The notes under the pieces were generated by a model. The model was not told where the DNA came from. It did no database searches and saw only the letters and a list, made by a program, of their open reading frames with translations. Positions 1 to 11,917 of a DNA stretch of 33,522 nucleotides are shown one piece after another. Source of the DNA: Geosiphon pyriformis uo1. Taxonomy: Eukaryota; Fungi; Glomeromycota. The first letter of the stretch is position 1, and each line of letters begins with the position of its first letter. The DNA is taken from positions 114,950-148,471 of the forward strand of contig JAAOMT010000036.1 in the NCBI GenBank assembly GCA_016748015.1. Direction: 5' to 3'. Both the position numbers and the translations under genes were made by a program.

Positions 1-1030
1 AAAAAAAAAAAAAAAAAAGAACGTTTGACGGTAAATTTACTTGTTTAAAATTTGTTCAATGATAAAGTTTATCTACTTTTATTTTTATTTCAAAGATTGG
101 TAGATCATGATCTTGGCCCCGTTGATTCATATTTTTAAGAAATTCAGTTTTTCCATGACTATATAGATTTCTGAGACCCTTCATTGAGCTAATCTATGTG
201 GGATTATTGTCCCGAGTTTTGAGTTTTATTATCATCTCAGAACCAATTTCCCCGATTCCTTAAATCATCATACATTCATTACCCAAAAAATTCAACTCTC
301 ACATGAAACATTTGGAAGAAAATTTCACTTTCCAGCCTCCAATCGATAAATTCTGGCAATGAATCTTTCTTCTCAAAACAGGTTCATTCAATTTTACATA
401 TTTGGTAAGGGTTTTAGACCTAGGAAAATTATGTATTATTGATTACTTTGCCAAAAAGGGCAATGATTTCGTCATTATGTATCATCTATCCTTTAGATGC
501 AGATCCGGGTAATGTGTACACAATGGGAATCACAAAATAAAAAAATCAACTCTTTAAAATACTACTAGCAAAGACCAAAAAAAACCTAAATGACATCATG
601 GAGGATCTTCCATACGCATTTCAAAAAATTACAAAAACTGAGATTTTTCTCCTTCATCCACATTTTTTAGCGAAAGTTGCCTCAGAGTGCATGCTCACTA
701 AAGTGTGCTAAACCTTTCTGGCTGGAAAACCGTTCAACTCGAATCACCTTCTTTACAAAAGAAAAAATAAACAAGCAAAAGAGGTATGAATCAATCAAAA
801 TATTCTTAATTAAATTTGCCCTGAAAATTTTGGTGTTGAAATTTTTCATTTTTTTAGACTTCGATCCGTTGCAATATCTTTTTATTTTATATATGATCTA
901 TTTCTGAAACCTAATTCTTACATTCTACACATTGTTCTTTCTTTTCTATTTTTGACCTTTGTCTCCTTTTTTTTTCCTTTATACAATTCTTTTTTTTATC
1001 CTCTCCTGCTCTGCTCTGAACAACTCCTTT

Positions 1031-1032
1031 TT

Positions 1033-1080
<48 letters not shown>

Positions 1081-1126
1081 TTTCTTTCTCTCTTTCTTTC
1101 TTTCTTTCTCTCTTTCTTTCTCTCTT

Positions 1127-1158
<32 letters not shown>

Positions 1159-1167
1159 TCTTTCTCT
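1031..1167. repeat. Compound pyrimidine microsatellite, (CTTT)n grading into (CT)n
   Basis: Seen directly. It explains the spurious FFLS-rich and ERK-rich ORFs at 952-1413 and probably lies in the 5' UTR or promoter of the F-box gene. Confidence 0.95.
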
Positions 1168-1173
1168 ACAATC

Positions 1174-2796
1174 ATGAATTTTATCCTCACATCTAATATT
1201 AACCACAATGATAAAATATATGATTATCTTGCATGTAATGCTTATAATAATAATAAAGCACATTCGCAAATGAATGCTAGCACTGCTACTGCTGGCGCAG
1301 AGCAAACAACCACAAGAACTTCTCCCCCTCTTTTCAAAATTTCGGACTCTCTTCAAAAACTTGCCATTGAGATAATAATCTTTATTTTGGAAAACCTGGA
1401 TGAACGCGATCAATTGAGCCTGGCAATGTCCTGCTCATGGCTTTACCGCGTTTATCGCATACATTTTTATGGCTTTGCATCCCCTAAATGGGTGCCGTTT
1501 TTGAGTGATAGTGGTGTTGGTGAGTTTGAAGATGGATTTATTGCGGAGGGTCCTCCGGTGGCAAATTATCGTGATGGAGTACTCATGGATGGCGTATTAT
1601 ATGTCCCCATTCTCGGTGAAGACAAACCTGTCTGTTGGTTGCTTGATTTCAAGCAATGGTCCATTAAATGGCAGCGATTGGATTTAAAAATCTGTTTTGA
1701 TACCGGAAAGGAGTATCAACCACTTCAAACCACTGTGGCTACTGTCAACCATCCTTTGATTCACCTGTTTGGGGGGCAAAAATTCACCGGTGAACCGACA
1801 GATGTGTTTTACGAGTTGGACCCGAGAAATATGGTGCTAAGACATTTAGAATGTCAAAGTGAATTCATGCCTTCCAAGCGAGTGTCACATTCCTTGAGTA
1901 CGATTGATAGCCAACATATGGCCCTTTTTGGGGGTCGTTCCATGTGGGCTCCTGGTGAGTTTGATGTGAAAATATTTCCTGAAATTTTTACAAAAATTTT
2001 TAACTTTAACCCTTTTTTTTTCATAGATAAAATACCTCAATTAAATTCAAAGTTGGGGGAACCTACGCGCATAAAAAATAGCTTTTACGATACCAAAGAT
2101 TTTTATTTGTTCGATTTTCTTGAGAAAAAATGGTATCCATATCCAGAGATCTATCCACAAGGATTACCTTATCCACGATCAGGACATTCTTCGTTGGTCA
2201 TTGGCTCTTCACTCTACGTTTATGGTGGTCAAAAAATCGCTGCGGGATCAACCTCAAATTCACCACAATCTGAGATTCATGATGATGAAGATTTATGGGC
2301 ATTCAACTTTGATGATAATCACTCCCACTCAGATTTCACAACACAAACAAATAAACCACAACCTAAAAATATAAAAAAAAGCTTTATTCAACATAAATGG
2401 CAAAAACTGTTTTCACCTCGTATCTCCCAGTCACCTTCATTCGGCCTAGACGATGATGGCAACTGGAAAAAGACCACCGGGAAAGTAACTGGAAAACGAT
2501 GCGGTGCGGCGATGTTTCCCATCGGTAAACGACTCGCGATTTTGGGGGGCTATGAAAAAGACGCGTGGCGAAATGAAGATTATTCAATAGAGAAACCATG
2601 GGAGATGTGTAAACTATATTTCCCGAATCGGCGACGTTGGGATCATATTCGAATCGACGGTATACCAGAGATGGAATGTTTCGCAGTGTCTAAAGATCAG
2701 ACTGGTCGCCCGGAGAGTGTATTTGTGATGGGAAGAAAAAAAGTTGAAGGGGATACAAACGGAAGATTGATTATGGGTTGGATCAAAGACGATTAA
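1174..2796 (+). CDS. F-box + Kelch-repeat protein (putative SCF substrate adaptor); exons 1174-1954 and 2027-2796, about 516 aa
   Basis: F-box-like LQKLAIEIIIFILENLDERDQLSLAMSCSWLY is followed by Kelch motifs (IHLFGG, PSKRVSHS..MALFGG, PYPRSGHSS..LYVYGG..LW, KRCGAAM..LAILGG..W). First in-frame ATG is 1174 (alternative 1270). Intron GTGAGT(1955)..TTTAAC..polyT..TAG(2026). Confidence 0.85.
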   Translation: MNFILTSNINHNDKIYDYLACNAYNNNKAHSQMNASTATAGAEQTTTRTSPPLFKISDSLQKLAIEIIIFILENLDERDQLSLAMSCSWLYRVYRIHFYGFASPKWVPFLSDSGVGEFEDGFIAEGPPVANYRDGVLMDGVLYVPILGEDKPVCWLLDFKQWSIKWQRLDLKICFDTGKEYQPLQTTVATVNHPLIHLFGGQKFTGEPTDVFYELDPRNMVLRHLECQSEFMPSKRVSHSLSTIDSQHMALFGGRSMWAPGEFDVKIFPEIFTKIFNFNPFFFIDKIPQLNSKLGEPTRIKNSFYDTKDFYLFDFLEKKWYPYPEIYPQGLPYPRSGHSSLVIGSSLYVYGGQKIAAGSTSNSPQSEIHDDEDLWAFNFDDNHSHSDFTTQTNKPQPKNIKKSFIQHKWQKLFSPRISQSPSFGLDDDGNWKKTTGKVTGKRCGAAMFPIGKRLAILGGYEKDAWRNEDYSIEKPWEMCKLYFPNRRRWDHIRIDGIPEMECFAVSKDQTGRPESVFVMGRKKVEGDTNGRLIMGWIKDD

Positions 2797-2946
2797 TATG
2801 TTTATTATCTTTCAAATCAAAAGCGACACTAAATTCTACTATATTCATGATTAATTATAACATTAGATTTATTCTTTATTTTCTTTTTTAAAAAAAATAT
2901 TGGTATAAACACCTTTTCTTCTGTACACATGTTAATTATAAAACTA

Positions 2947-2980
<34 letters not shown>
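2947..2980. repeat. (ACTT)n microsatellite
   Basis: About 8.5 perfect units, seen directly. Confidence 0.9.
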
Positions 2981-2982
<2 letters not shown>

Positions 2983-3561
2983 GCTTATGAAATTCTTATG
3001 TAAAAAAGAAATGAAAATTTTATTTTTATTCTTTTTTTGTAAATATATATTAAAGTATTTAGCAATAGTGTTCTTCATGAATACTATTTTCCTTTAATTG
3101 GATTAAGATTTACAGACTTTAAAGAAATAAACTGGGATACACAAAGTTTTAAAATCCTAGTTTCCCAAGCATCGTACGATCATTAGAAAAAATGAGCTCC
3201 CCGATTTGAGACTTGGTCAGATCGAAATCATGAATAGGGAACAATCGAAAGGACAGTGTATACTTCTAACTTGTAAAGAATTGAAGATCTTTTATTCATT
3301 GAGAAATTTATTATTTAAAATAATTCATATCCTGTAATATACTTGTGTGTGCATCCCTTTCGAATGACCATTGTTGTGGAATCGGAGGATAAAAATATTT
3401 GTAACACAAAATGCAAAGTTTATTGAGGAGTCTTCGTTGTAGAATTTTCTTTGCTTCACAATTCCTGCTGAGACGCTTTGGCCATTCGACCTGATCAATA
3501 CCCTATTATCTATTTATGTTACTGATTTAGATATATCCGAAATTCTAAGTTAAAAATAAAT

Positions 3562-3796
3562 AGCTTAGGTAATTTCAAAGATCGAAACTTTTGAGATAAT
3601 GATACATTGATTAAAAATTAAAGGACGGCATAATCTTCAAATAGTAATAGGCTTTTTACATGAAACTAAAAATTATGAAAAACTTTTATCTTTGTATCAA
3701 ATACTCATATGACATTAAAAAGTCCCGTGAGATCATAAAATTCCTTTTTTTCAAAGTAACAATTCTCTCTCTATCGATCTTGAAACTATCTGAACT
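3562..3796. mobile_element. Putative MITE, about 235 bp, with degenerate ~24-bp terminal inverted repeats
   Basis: Left arm AGCTTAGGTAATTTCAAAGATCGA versus reverse complement of right arm AGTTCAGATAGTTTCAA-GATCGA. Differences are transitions plus one indel. No ORF inside. Confidence 0.4.
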
Positions 3797-4658
3797 TTAT
3801 TAAAGCTATATATATATATATATATATAGCTCAGTGCTAAAATCTTTCTTTAATTTCCGTGATTCTGAAATTGGGAAAAATTTTCCCTCCTATATTCAAT
3901 AAGTTTTTAATTACCATCCATAAATCCTGTACCTAAAAATCACCCCTTACATACGACATACGACATACGAGCGATCATTCCATGCTTAAAATGGCGCCAT
4001 AGAATACATCAAATTTGATTTTAAAATAGCTAAATCTAGTTAGACTACGGTCAATTTAATCTGTTCAGTCTTACTTGAAACGACAATGTCGATGTAGTCG
4101 ATCAAAATTCAAATGATCTTCAAAGACCTTTTCGGGTCATTCCGAGATGAAGATCAAAATTAATTACTGGATTTTATTAAAGTTTTTCAGCTCCCGAAAT
4201 TAATAGGAAAATTCTTTTTCTTTATTTTTCCTTCGATCCTTAAAACATTCAATTTTAAAAAAAATATTATTATCATCAAAGGGTGTTGGCAGTTCCTTCT
4301 ATTCACAAGTAATCAAAAAATCACAATGTTAGCGAAATTTTTTTTCAATCAATCAAATTTGAGACTTATCGCCTATCTTCTTGATTACATAAAATTTGTC
4401 ATGTTTGATTGCCATTTTATTATTCATAAATCGAAATAAAGATATTGGATGAAAATGATTTTCGATTAAAAACAGGAGTCAATCTAAAAATGGTTTCTTT
4501 CACCAAAAATCCCTAATCCATTTTCATAATTATTAACAAATGAATCTTTTCTTGAATGAATGGCATTGATCATAGTTAATTTCAAGGGAATCCGCTGTTA
4601 GCGTCATATGCAGGACCCTCAATATTGATAAAGTCACAACATTATGTTGGTACATGTA

Positions 4659-5932
4659 CAGTCACCTCCAATTAACGCCCGAATTTATTTTTTATACGAT
4701 TTTAAATGTTTATTTGATTTATTCTAAACCCAACTTATATACATATAACTTTTTATATATATATAATTAATAGTGTGTTGATCCTCCATTTGCTTCCAAT
4801 ACTGCTTCAATTCTTTGTGGCATTGAGTCTACAACCCGTTTCAAAACTGATATATTAAAACTTGACCATTCCTTCTTTAGAGCACTTTTAAGTTCCTCTA
4901 TAGTTCTTGGAAAGTTTTCATGTTTTTGAATATTGTCCTTCATTATTTTCCACACATTTTCTATGGGGTTTAGATCAGGAGAACTGGCTGGCCAATCCAT
5001 AATCTCAATGTTTTTGTCTTTGAACCATTTTTTCGTAATTCCAGCATTATTAATAGGAGCATTGTCTTGTTGAAATATTGGATTTCTTGCTACTAAATCA
5101 TGAGTAACAGTAAGAAATAGTAAAAGATTAGTTTCTATAATCTTAAGACATGTTTTTGCTGTAATATTTTCCGTTTTTTCCTTGTATTCATCACAAAATG
5201 TCAATGGACCTCTAAGTTCTCCAACAAAGCATCCCCAAGCCATTATTGATTGTCGACCACTTTTGAAGCTAGGTGTCAAGCATTCAATATTATATCTTTC
5301 TCCTATATGACGCCATACTTTAACTTGTCGAGATTGTTTGCCGATTTCTACACTGGTTTCATCTGAAAAAATTATCCGTCTCCAAAAATAAAGGTCTTTA
5401 TTTTGATATTTTTTGCATCAAAGAATGCATGCCTTTGCTTGTTTTTCTGAAATAAAAGGCTTTTTTGCTGCAATATAACCTCGAATGCCATGGTTATGAA
5501 GTACTTGACGGACTGTTGTTAAACTGCAATTAAGCTTCAAATCATCAACAATCTCTTGTAGTGGTTTATGTCGTTCATTTTTAACTTTTCGTAAGAGAGC
5601 ACTTTTTGTTTGGTTATTGAGAGCTGGTGGGCGTTCAGATCGTGGTAAATTTTCGATTGTCCCGGTCTTTTGATACTTGTTAATGAAACGTCGTATTTTT
5701 GTGGGATTATGCTCCATTTTTTTTGCGATTTGCTCAGCATTCATTTCTTCGAGATACGCGAGAATTTTTCCTTTATCTTCAGCGGTTAATAAAGAGCGAG
5801 TACGAGACATATTTATTCCGATTATTTTTCGCGTAATGTTTGAGTAGGTAATGGAGAAGTAAACAAATAAATTTTGGCCCAAAAAAGTAATAACAAGGGG
5901 GCAAACGAAATGTATATGTTCGGAGGCGACTC
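4659..5932 (-). mobile_element. Tc1-family (DD34E) DNA transposon, copy 1
   Basis: TA|CAGTCACCTCC at the left end and GGAGGCGACTC|TA at the right end (short degenerate TIRs, TA flanks) surround a full-length transposase frame. Confidence 0.8.
4767..5810 (-). pseudogene. Tc1 transposase, 347 codons, with a single in-frame stop (TGA at 5418-5420)
   Basis: ORFs 5418-5882 and 4767-5279 are in the same frame and joined by *CKKYQNKDLYFWRRIIFSDE. HTH region (RSERP), IFSDE, FQQDNAP and WPASSPDLNPIENVW are present, with 34 residues between the second D and E. The stop sits at a typically conserved Trp. Confidence 0.92.
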
Positions 5933-5946
5933 TACAAGTATATATT

Positions 5947-7118
<1,172 letters not shown>

Positions 7119-9053
7119 TTAACTCTTTAAAAAATATTTTCTAGTTATTATAAAAGATCAAATCACATTTTTAACATATACATCTTTTGCTTTATTAAAA
7201 AATTATTATTTTTGCTAAATACTTGTATTGATAGTTATTTCCGGTATGCTAATTGAGAAATGCAATTAACACAGTATATATAATTTGTCTATTTCATAGT
7301 TTATTTAGGTCTTTTAGCTAAAATATTGAATTGAAATACTTTCAACTTTCTGAATATTCACGGCAAAAATTATTGTTCTCTGCAATTTCTGATAACTTCT
7401 TTTACAACTATTAAATTAATTTAGTTTAAAATAAATAATTATAACCTTAATAATTTTTTTCGCAATGATTTAAAAATATTAATTACAACTTTGTGATTAA
7501 TATTAAAGTAGACTCATCGAACTATCATCAATCTAAAAATATGGGATGAAATATTAGGCACGATATTATTTTCTCTTTTAACTCAATAACTAGAGAGTTA
7601 TAGCAAAATATGAAAATCTTGCTGTTAAAGTTGGCAAATAAGGATGAAAATTTTTGATATTAGGTCCATTACAAACAAAAATTGTGGGATAAAGCGTGTA
7701 AAAATTCCTAGGGTAAATATTACATTTAATTACTTTTACAGTCAAATAATACAAAACTATGAATTTTTAAATTAAAAAATACTAGAAGTCTTAAAAAAAT
7801 TCAAAGTTTGTCCAATGTAAATTTATGCAAAGTAATATTGGATAATTAATAACATAATTTTCAAATGAAACATATATAAAATAATTATATTTTGGAATTT
7901 TTTAATAGTAATATTTTTTTTATTCAAATTGCACAAATTGAACAAAATTTTAAACTTGTATAGTAAAAGAAATTTTATTCATAATATAAAAAAGAGTTAT
8001 TTTGTAATAATTTTATTATAAACATTAATATTATTTATAACAAGCAATTTTTTATATTAATATTTTAAAAATAAATAAATTATTTTGTTTAACTTAAAAA
8101 CTTATTTTAAATAAATAAATTAATTTCAGCATCAAATAAATGTATTTGTAAAGAATAAAGAAAATAATATTGATAAAAAATGAATTTTATATATATAATA
8201 TAATAAATTATCTAAAAATAATAAAATGTATTTTTAGAGTTTTGTATTTAAATTTTCAGTTTGTGTATTGAATTAAAAAAAGTTTGAATTTAATTATTTG
8301 AATAATAATGCACAAATAAAGAAGTTTTATTAATTTTTTCAATTTTTATAGTTTTGAGATTTTATAACATTATGAAATAAAAATGCTGAATCCAATAAAA
8401 TTTTTTATGAATATTTAAGTAAATGTTTAAAATGTTAATAAGTATATAAATTTTTTTTAAATTTAAAGATTAAATTATCTAGTTGAAAATATTTTACAAA
8501 CAATTAGAAAATACTGTAATTAGTTCATTAATTACATATATGTATAATGTATTATTTTATGAGATTTAAATCTTTTTGAGATAAAGTAAACAATATCTTT
8601 TTGCATATTTTAAAATTTTATCTATAAGATTAAATGTTATTTATTAAATGTTAATATAATATTTAAAGCTTGAATTTCATTTTTGAATATTAAAATTTTA
8701 TGCTTCAAACGATTCCTAAACTGTTTTGTTATTTTTTTGCTATTTTTTTTATTATTGTTCTATAAAGAAATTGAATTACTCGTTTAGGCAATGACAATGA
8801 GAAAATGATGTCTTTCTTTGTATACTATAGCTACTTAAAACTATTTAGTATGATTTGTTAGGCGAATCATAGTTTGATGAATAACACTTTATAAATTGAT
8901 ATTTTAACATTAATAAGAATTCCCTTTTAAAAAGTTACTTTCCAAACGTAATATTATATAAAGCTTTTCAAAAAAAACCTCTATTTTATTACTATTCGAA
9001 TAATAATATATTCCCATTTTATCCGCACTTGTCCTTTGTCCTTTATTCACATC

Positions 9054-10716
9054 ATGGAAAACAAAGAAATTAAAAGAACTCGTCCAGAAACACATGATAG
9101 CAATGAGTCTAAAGTATATCAGAGTAGCAGCGTTAACTACAATAACTGCGCTGCATGCCGGTTCATATTTTTTGAAAAACTTTACCGTGACTTTTCAAGT
9201 GGAAATAAAGTAGTTGATGAAGAATCCAATCTATATTCCACCTAATCAGTCTATGGTAGAGTTTCATATTATGAATGGGTTCCATGGGAGCGTTTTTCGA
9301 ATATTAATAAAATTGCTAGAGGAGAGTTAGGTATAATTTATAAAGCATTATGGATTGATGAATTAATTAAAGAAAATAGTATAAAACATTATGGTTCAAT
9401 GGAATATGAAAGATAGGGAGAAATCGAAGTAGCAATAAAACTTATAAAAATGAACAGTTGAAAGTGTTTAAAGAGGTAAACAAAGTATTATTATTATTTA
9501 TATTTATATTTAATTAATTTATATCTACCTATTATTTATTTATTTACTGTATATTACCATTTATTTATATTCTATTATATAGTTAAATATTCACAGAGCA
9601 ATGTTAATTAATAACTTTAACTCTTCAAGTTATTTTATCTCTTATATATATGGGATTACGCAAAACGCTGAAACACTCGAGTATAGAATTGTGATGGAGT
9701 TTGCCAGACATGGAGACATGCGAAAATATTTATCCACAAATTTTCATTCCAAAAGTTGGTTGAGTAAATTAAAAATCGCGGGTTCTATAGCTGATGGACT
9801 TAGACATATTCATTCTTTTTGTATGGTTCATCGTGACCTACGCTCGGGCAACATCCTACAATTTAACCCTCGTAGGGTATATATTGGAGGCCTTGGATTA
9901 TGTCAACCAATAAAAAATGAAGCAAAAACAACAACAGGAAAAGACACGAAGGAAGAAAATTTATATGGAGTGATTCCATACATTCCACCAGAAGTTTTAA
10001 TAGGAGAAAATTTTACTTTGGCTGGTGATATTTATAGTTATGGAATGTTATTATGGGAATTAGCAACAGGAAAGCCTCCCTTTTATGATCGTGATCATGA
10101 TCAAATTCTTATAATGACTATTTTAGATGAGGCTAACCTAAGATTACCTTCCCACTTATTCCACCTTGTATTGTCGAAATAATTGTAAAGTGTTAGGATC
10201 CTAATCCTAAGAATCGTCCTACTGTGGAAGAAGTTGCAAATAAGTTGTGGAAACTTTACAATATGTATAGTTTGTTTAGATATAAGAATTCTACAGATGA
10301 GGAGTTTATAGATGAGGAGTTTTCATATGAAGAGCCTAAAACTGTAAGTCTTCAGTTTCTAGAATCAGATAAATACGTAAGAGAAATGGCAGAAAGTGAC
10401 GACTCAACGACAACAAATCAATCAACGACAACAACAACAACTCGCATTCTTCAAGGAGCAGTTTATACAAGTCGTGTTTTAACTTTGCAAATGATTGATT
10501 TTTCTAAAGGTTATTTTATCTATTTTTATATTGATTAATTCTTTTATTTAATTATTATACAGTATATTAAAATTTTACATTTAATTTACATTACTATTTT
10601 AAAAGAATTAGTGTTTCTCCCTAAAGGTAAGAACAAAATTTAAATATAATTTTATGGTTATTCTATTGTTTAACACTTATTTATTTTGCTATATAACATA
10701 TTTAGATGAGTCTTAA
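9054..10716 (+). pseudogene. Tyrosine-kinase-like (TKL/PKc-like) protein kinase pseudogene of the type expanded in Glomeromycota
   Basis: Motifs CxxC..FSSGNKVVDE, YEWVPWERF..IARGELG, VAIK, HRDLRSGNIL, IGGLGL (DFG-equivalent Asp lost), YGVIPYIPPE, DIYSYG, KC*DPNPKNRP. Introns 9476-9582, 10510-10605 and 10627-10705 (21-nt mini-exon). Several frameshifts and stops, e.g. TAG at 10194-10196. Confidence 0.88.
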
Positions 10717-10789
10717 TGAATTTAATATTAATTGATTTCCTTCATTCCCATTTGTAATAACCATGTTAAACTCTAATATCACTTAGTGG

Positions 10790-11350
10790 ATCTTTTCATA
10801 AAGGATATTATTTAGAATTCCTAGTTGCCGCCGATAAGCTCATCTTGGAAAAATCCAGCCTGAAGACTGCGTAATTGGACACCTGGGAAGTTGCTAAATG
10901 CAAACTTTGAAGTCTTTAAGAAATCAATTAAAGGACTTCTATCTTTAATCTGGTTCTTGACAAAATTAAACCGTTTGCAAGAAATTTATCCAGAACTTTA
11001 TACGAAGATATTTTATATCATCTTATACCAGGGCGTCATCAAAAGTCTTTCAATGCTTAGCCATTCAGATGAATTGCTTCAATCGCACAATATGACGCAA
11101 CTTGACCATTGGATTTAGGGCAAAGACAAGAATATTCCTTTTCAAAACCAGGTTGAATATTTTTTAATTTGTTACTTGGGGGCAGTCAAGACAGATTTAG
11201 TATAGCCGATTTTCATCGATTATGCGATAATAAAGGAACAACAATTAGTATTGTCAAAGTGAAAGAAACTGGTCAATTAATTAGCGGGTATACCTCAGTA
11301 TCTTGGCATTCTCGGGTTATTGGATAGATGGAGAAGGAAGTTTTATATAA
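10790..11350 (+). pseudogene. Internally deleted BTB-BACK-TLDc gene remnant
   Basis: Fragments in shifting frames: YLEFLVAADKLILEK (BTB end), FKKSIKGLLSLIWF / DKIKPFARNLSRTLYEDILYH (BACK-like), and FNLLLGGSQDRFSIADFHRLCDNKGTTISIVKVKETGQLISGYTSVSW (TLDc). They are colinear with the intact paralog at 17879-19410. Confidence 0.85.
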
Positions 11351-11917
11351 TCCAATAATAACCTATTGTTCTAATTAAATAGAAAATAATTTAGAATATT
11401 TTGTTTTTTATCTTATATTACATTATTACAAGCATACAATAAAGTAATTTCAAATATTTTTGCTGCAATATTAAGCTTTTAAAAAATTGACTAATAATTC
11501 TTTTTTCTCTACTTATTTAGTAATGCTCATCAAAAATAAGAAGAGCAAGCATATTGTGTTTTTTCCAGTTTCAAATATTATACTATCTTCATTTAAATTC
11601 TTTAAAATTATTAATAAGAAATTTAGAAAGGTATAAACAAAAACTTGAATATTTACATAATCAATTTATTTTTATGGTTGAAATTTTTTTTCTGATAATT
11701 AAATTTATTTATATTAATTATATCTTAGCCACTAATATTATATTTAACACTTTATTTTTAAAATTTTTAATTTGGTTATTTGATTTTTTTATTAATTATG
11801 ATAAAAAGTTGTTTAAATGAATTTAAAAATTTTTGATATAATCAACCATATGTTAAATATAAAATTATTAATATTAATTGGTTTTGTTAAAATTTTTTTT
11901 TTACCATTTTTAACAAG

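Noticed and set aside
96-540. Possible exon remnant at the window start
   Set aside because: Stops in the frames I read and no recognisable motif.
959-1413. ORFs rich in FFLS or ERKK
   Set aside because: Translations of the CTTT/CT microsatellite.
5418-5420. TGA read as Trp (alternative genetic code or Mollicute endosymbiont DNA)
   Set aside because: Comparable lesions elsewhere are TAG, intact genes use TGG, and spliceosomal introns are present.
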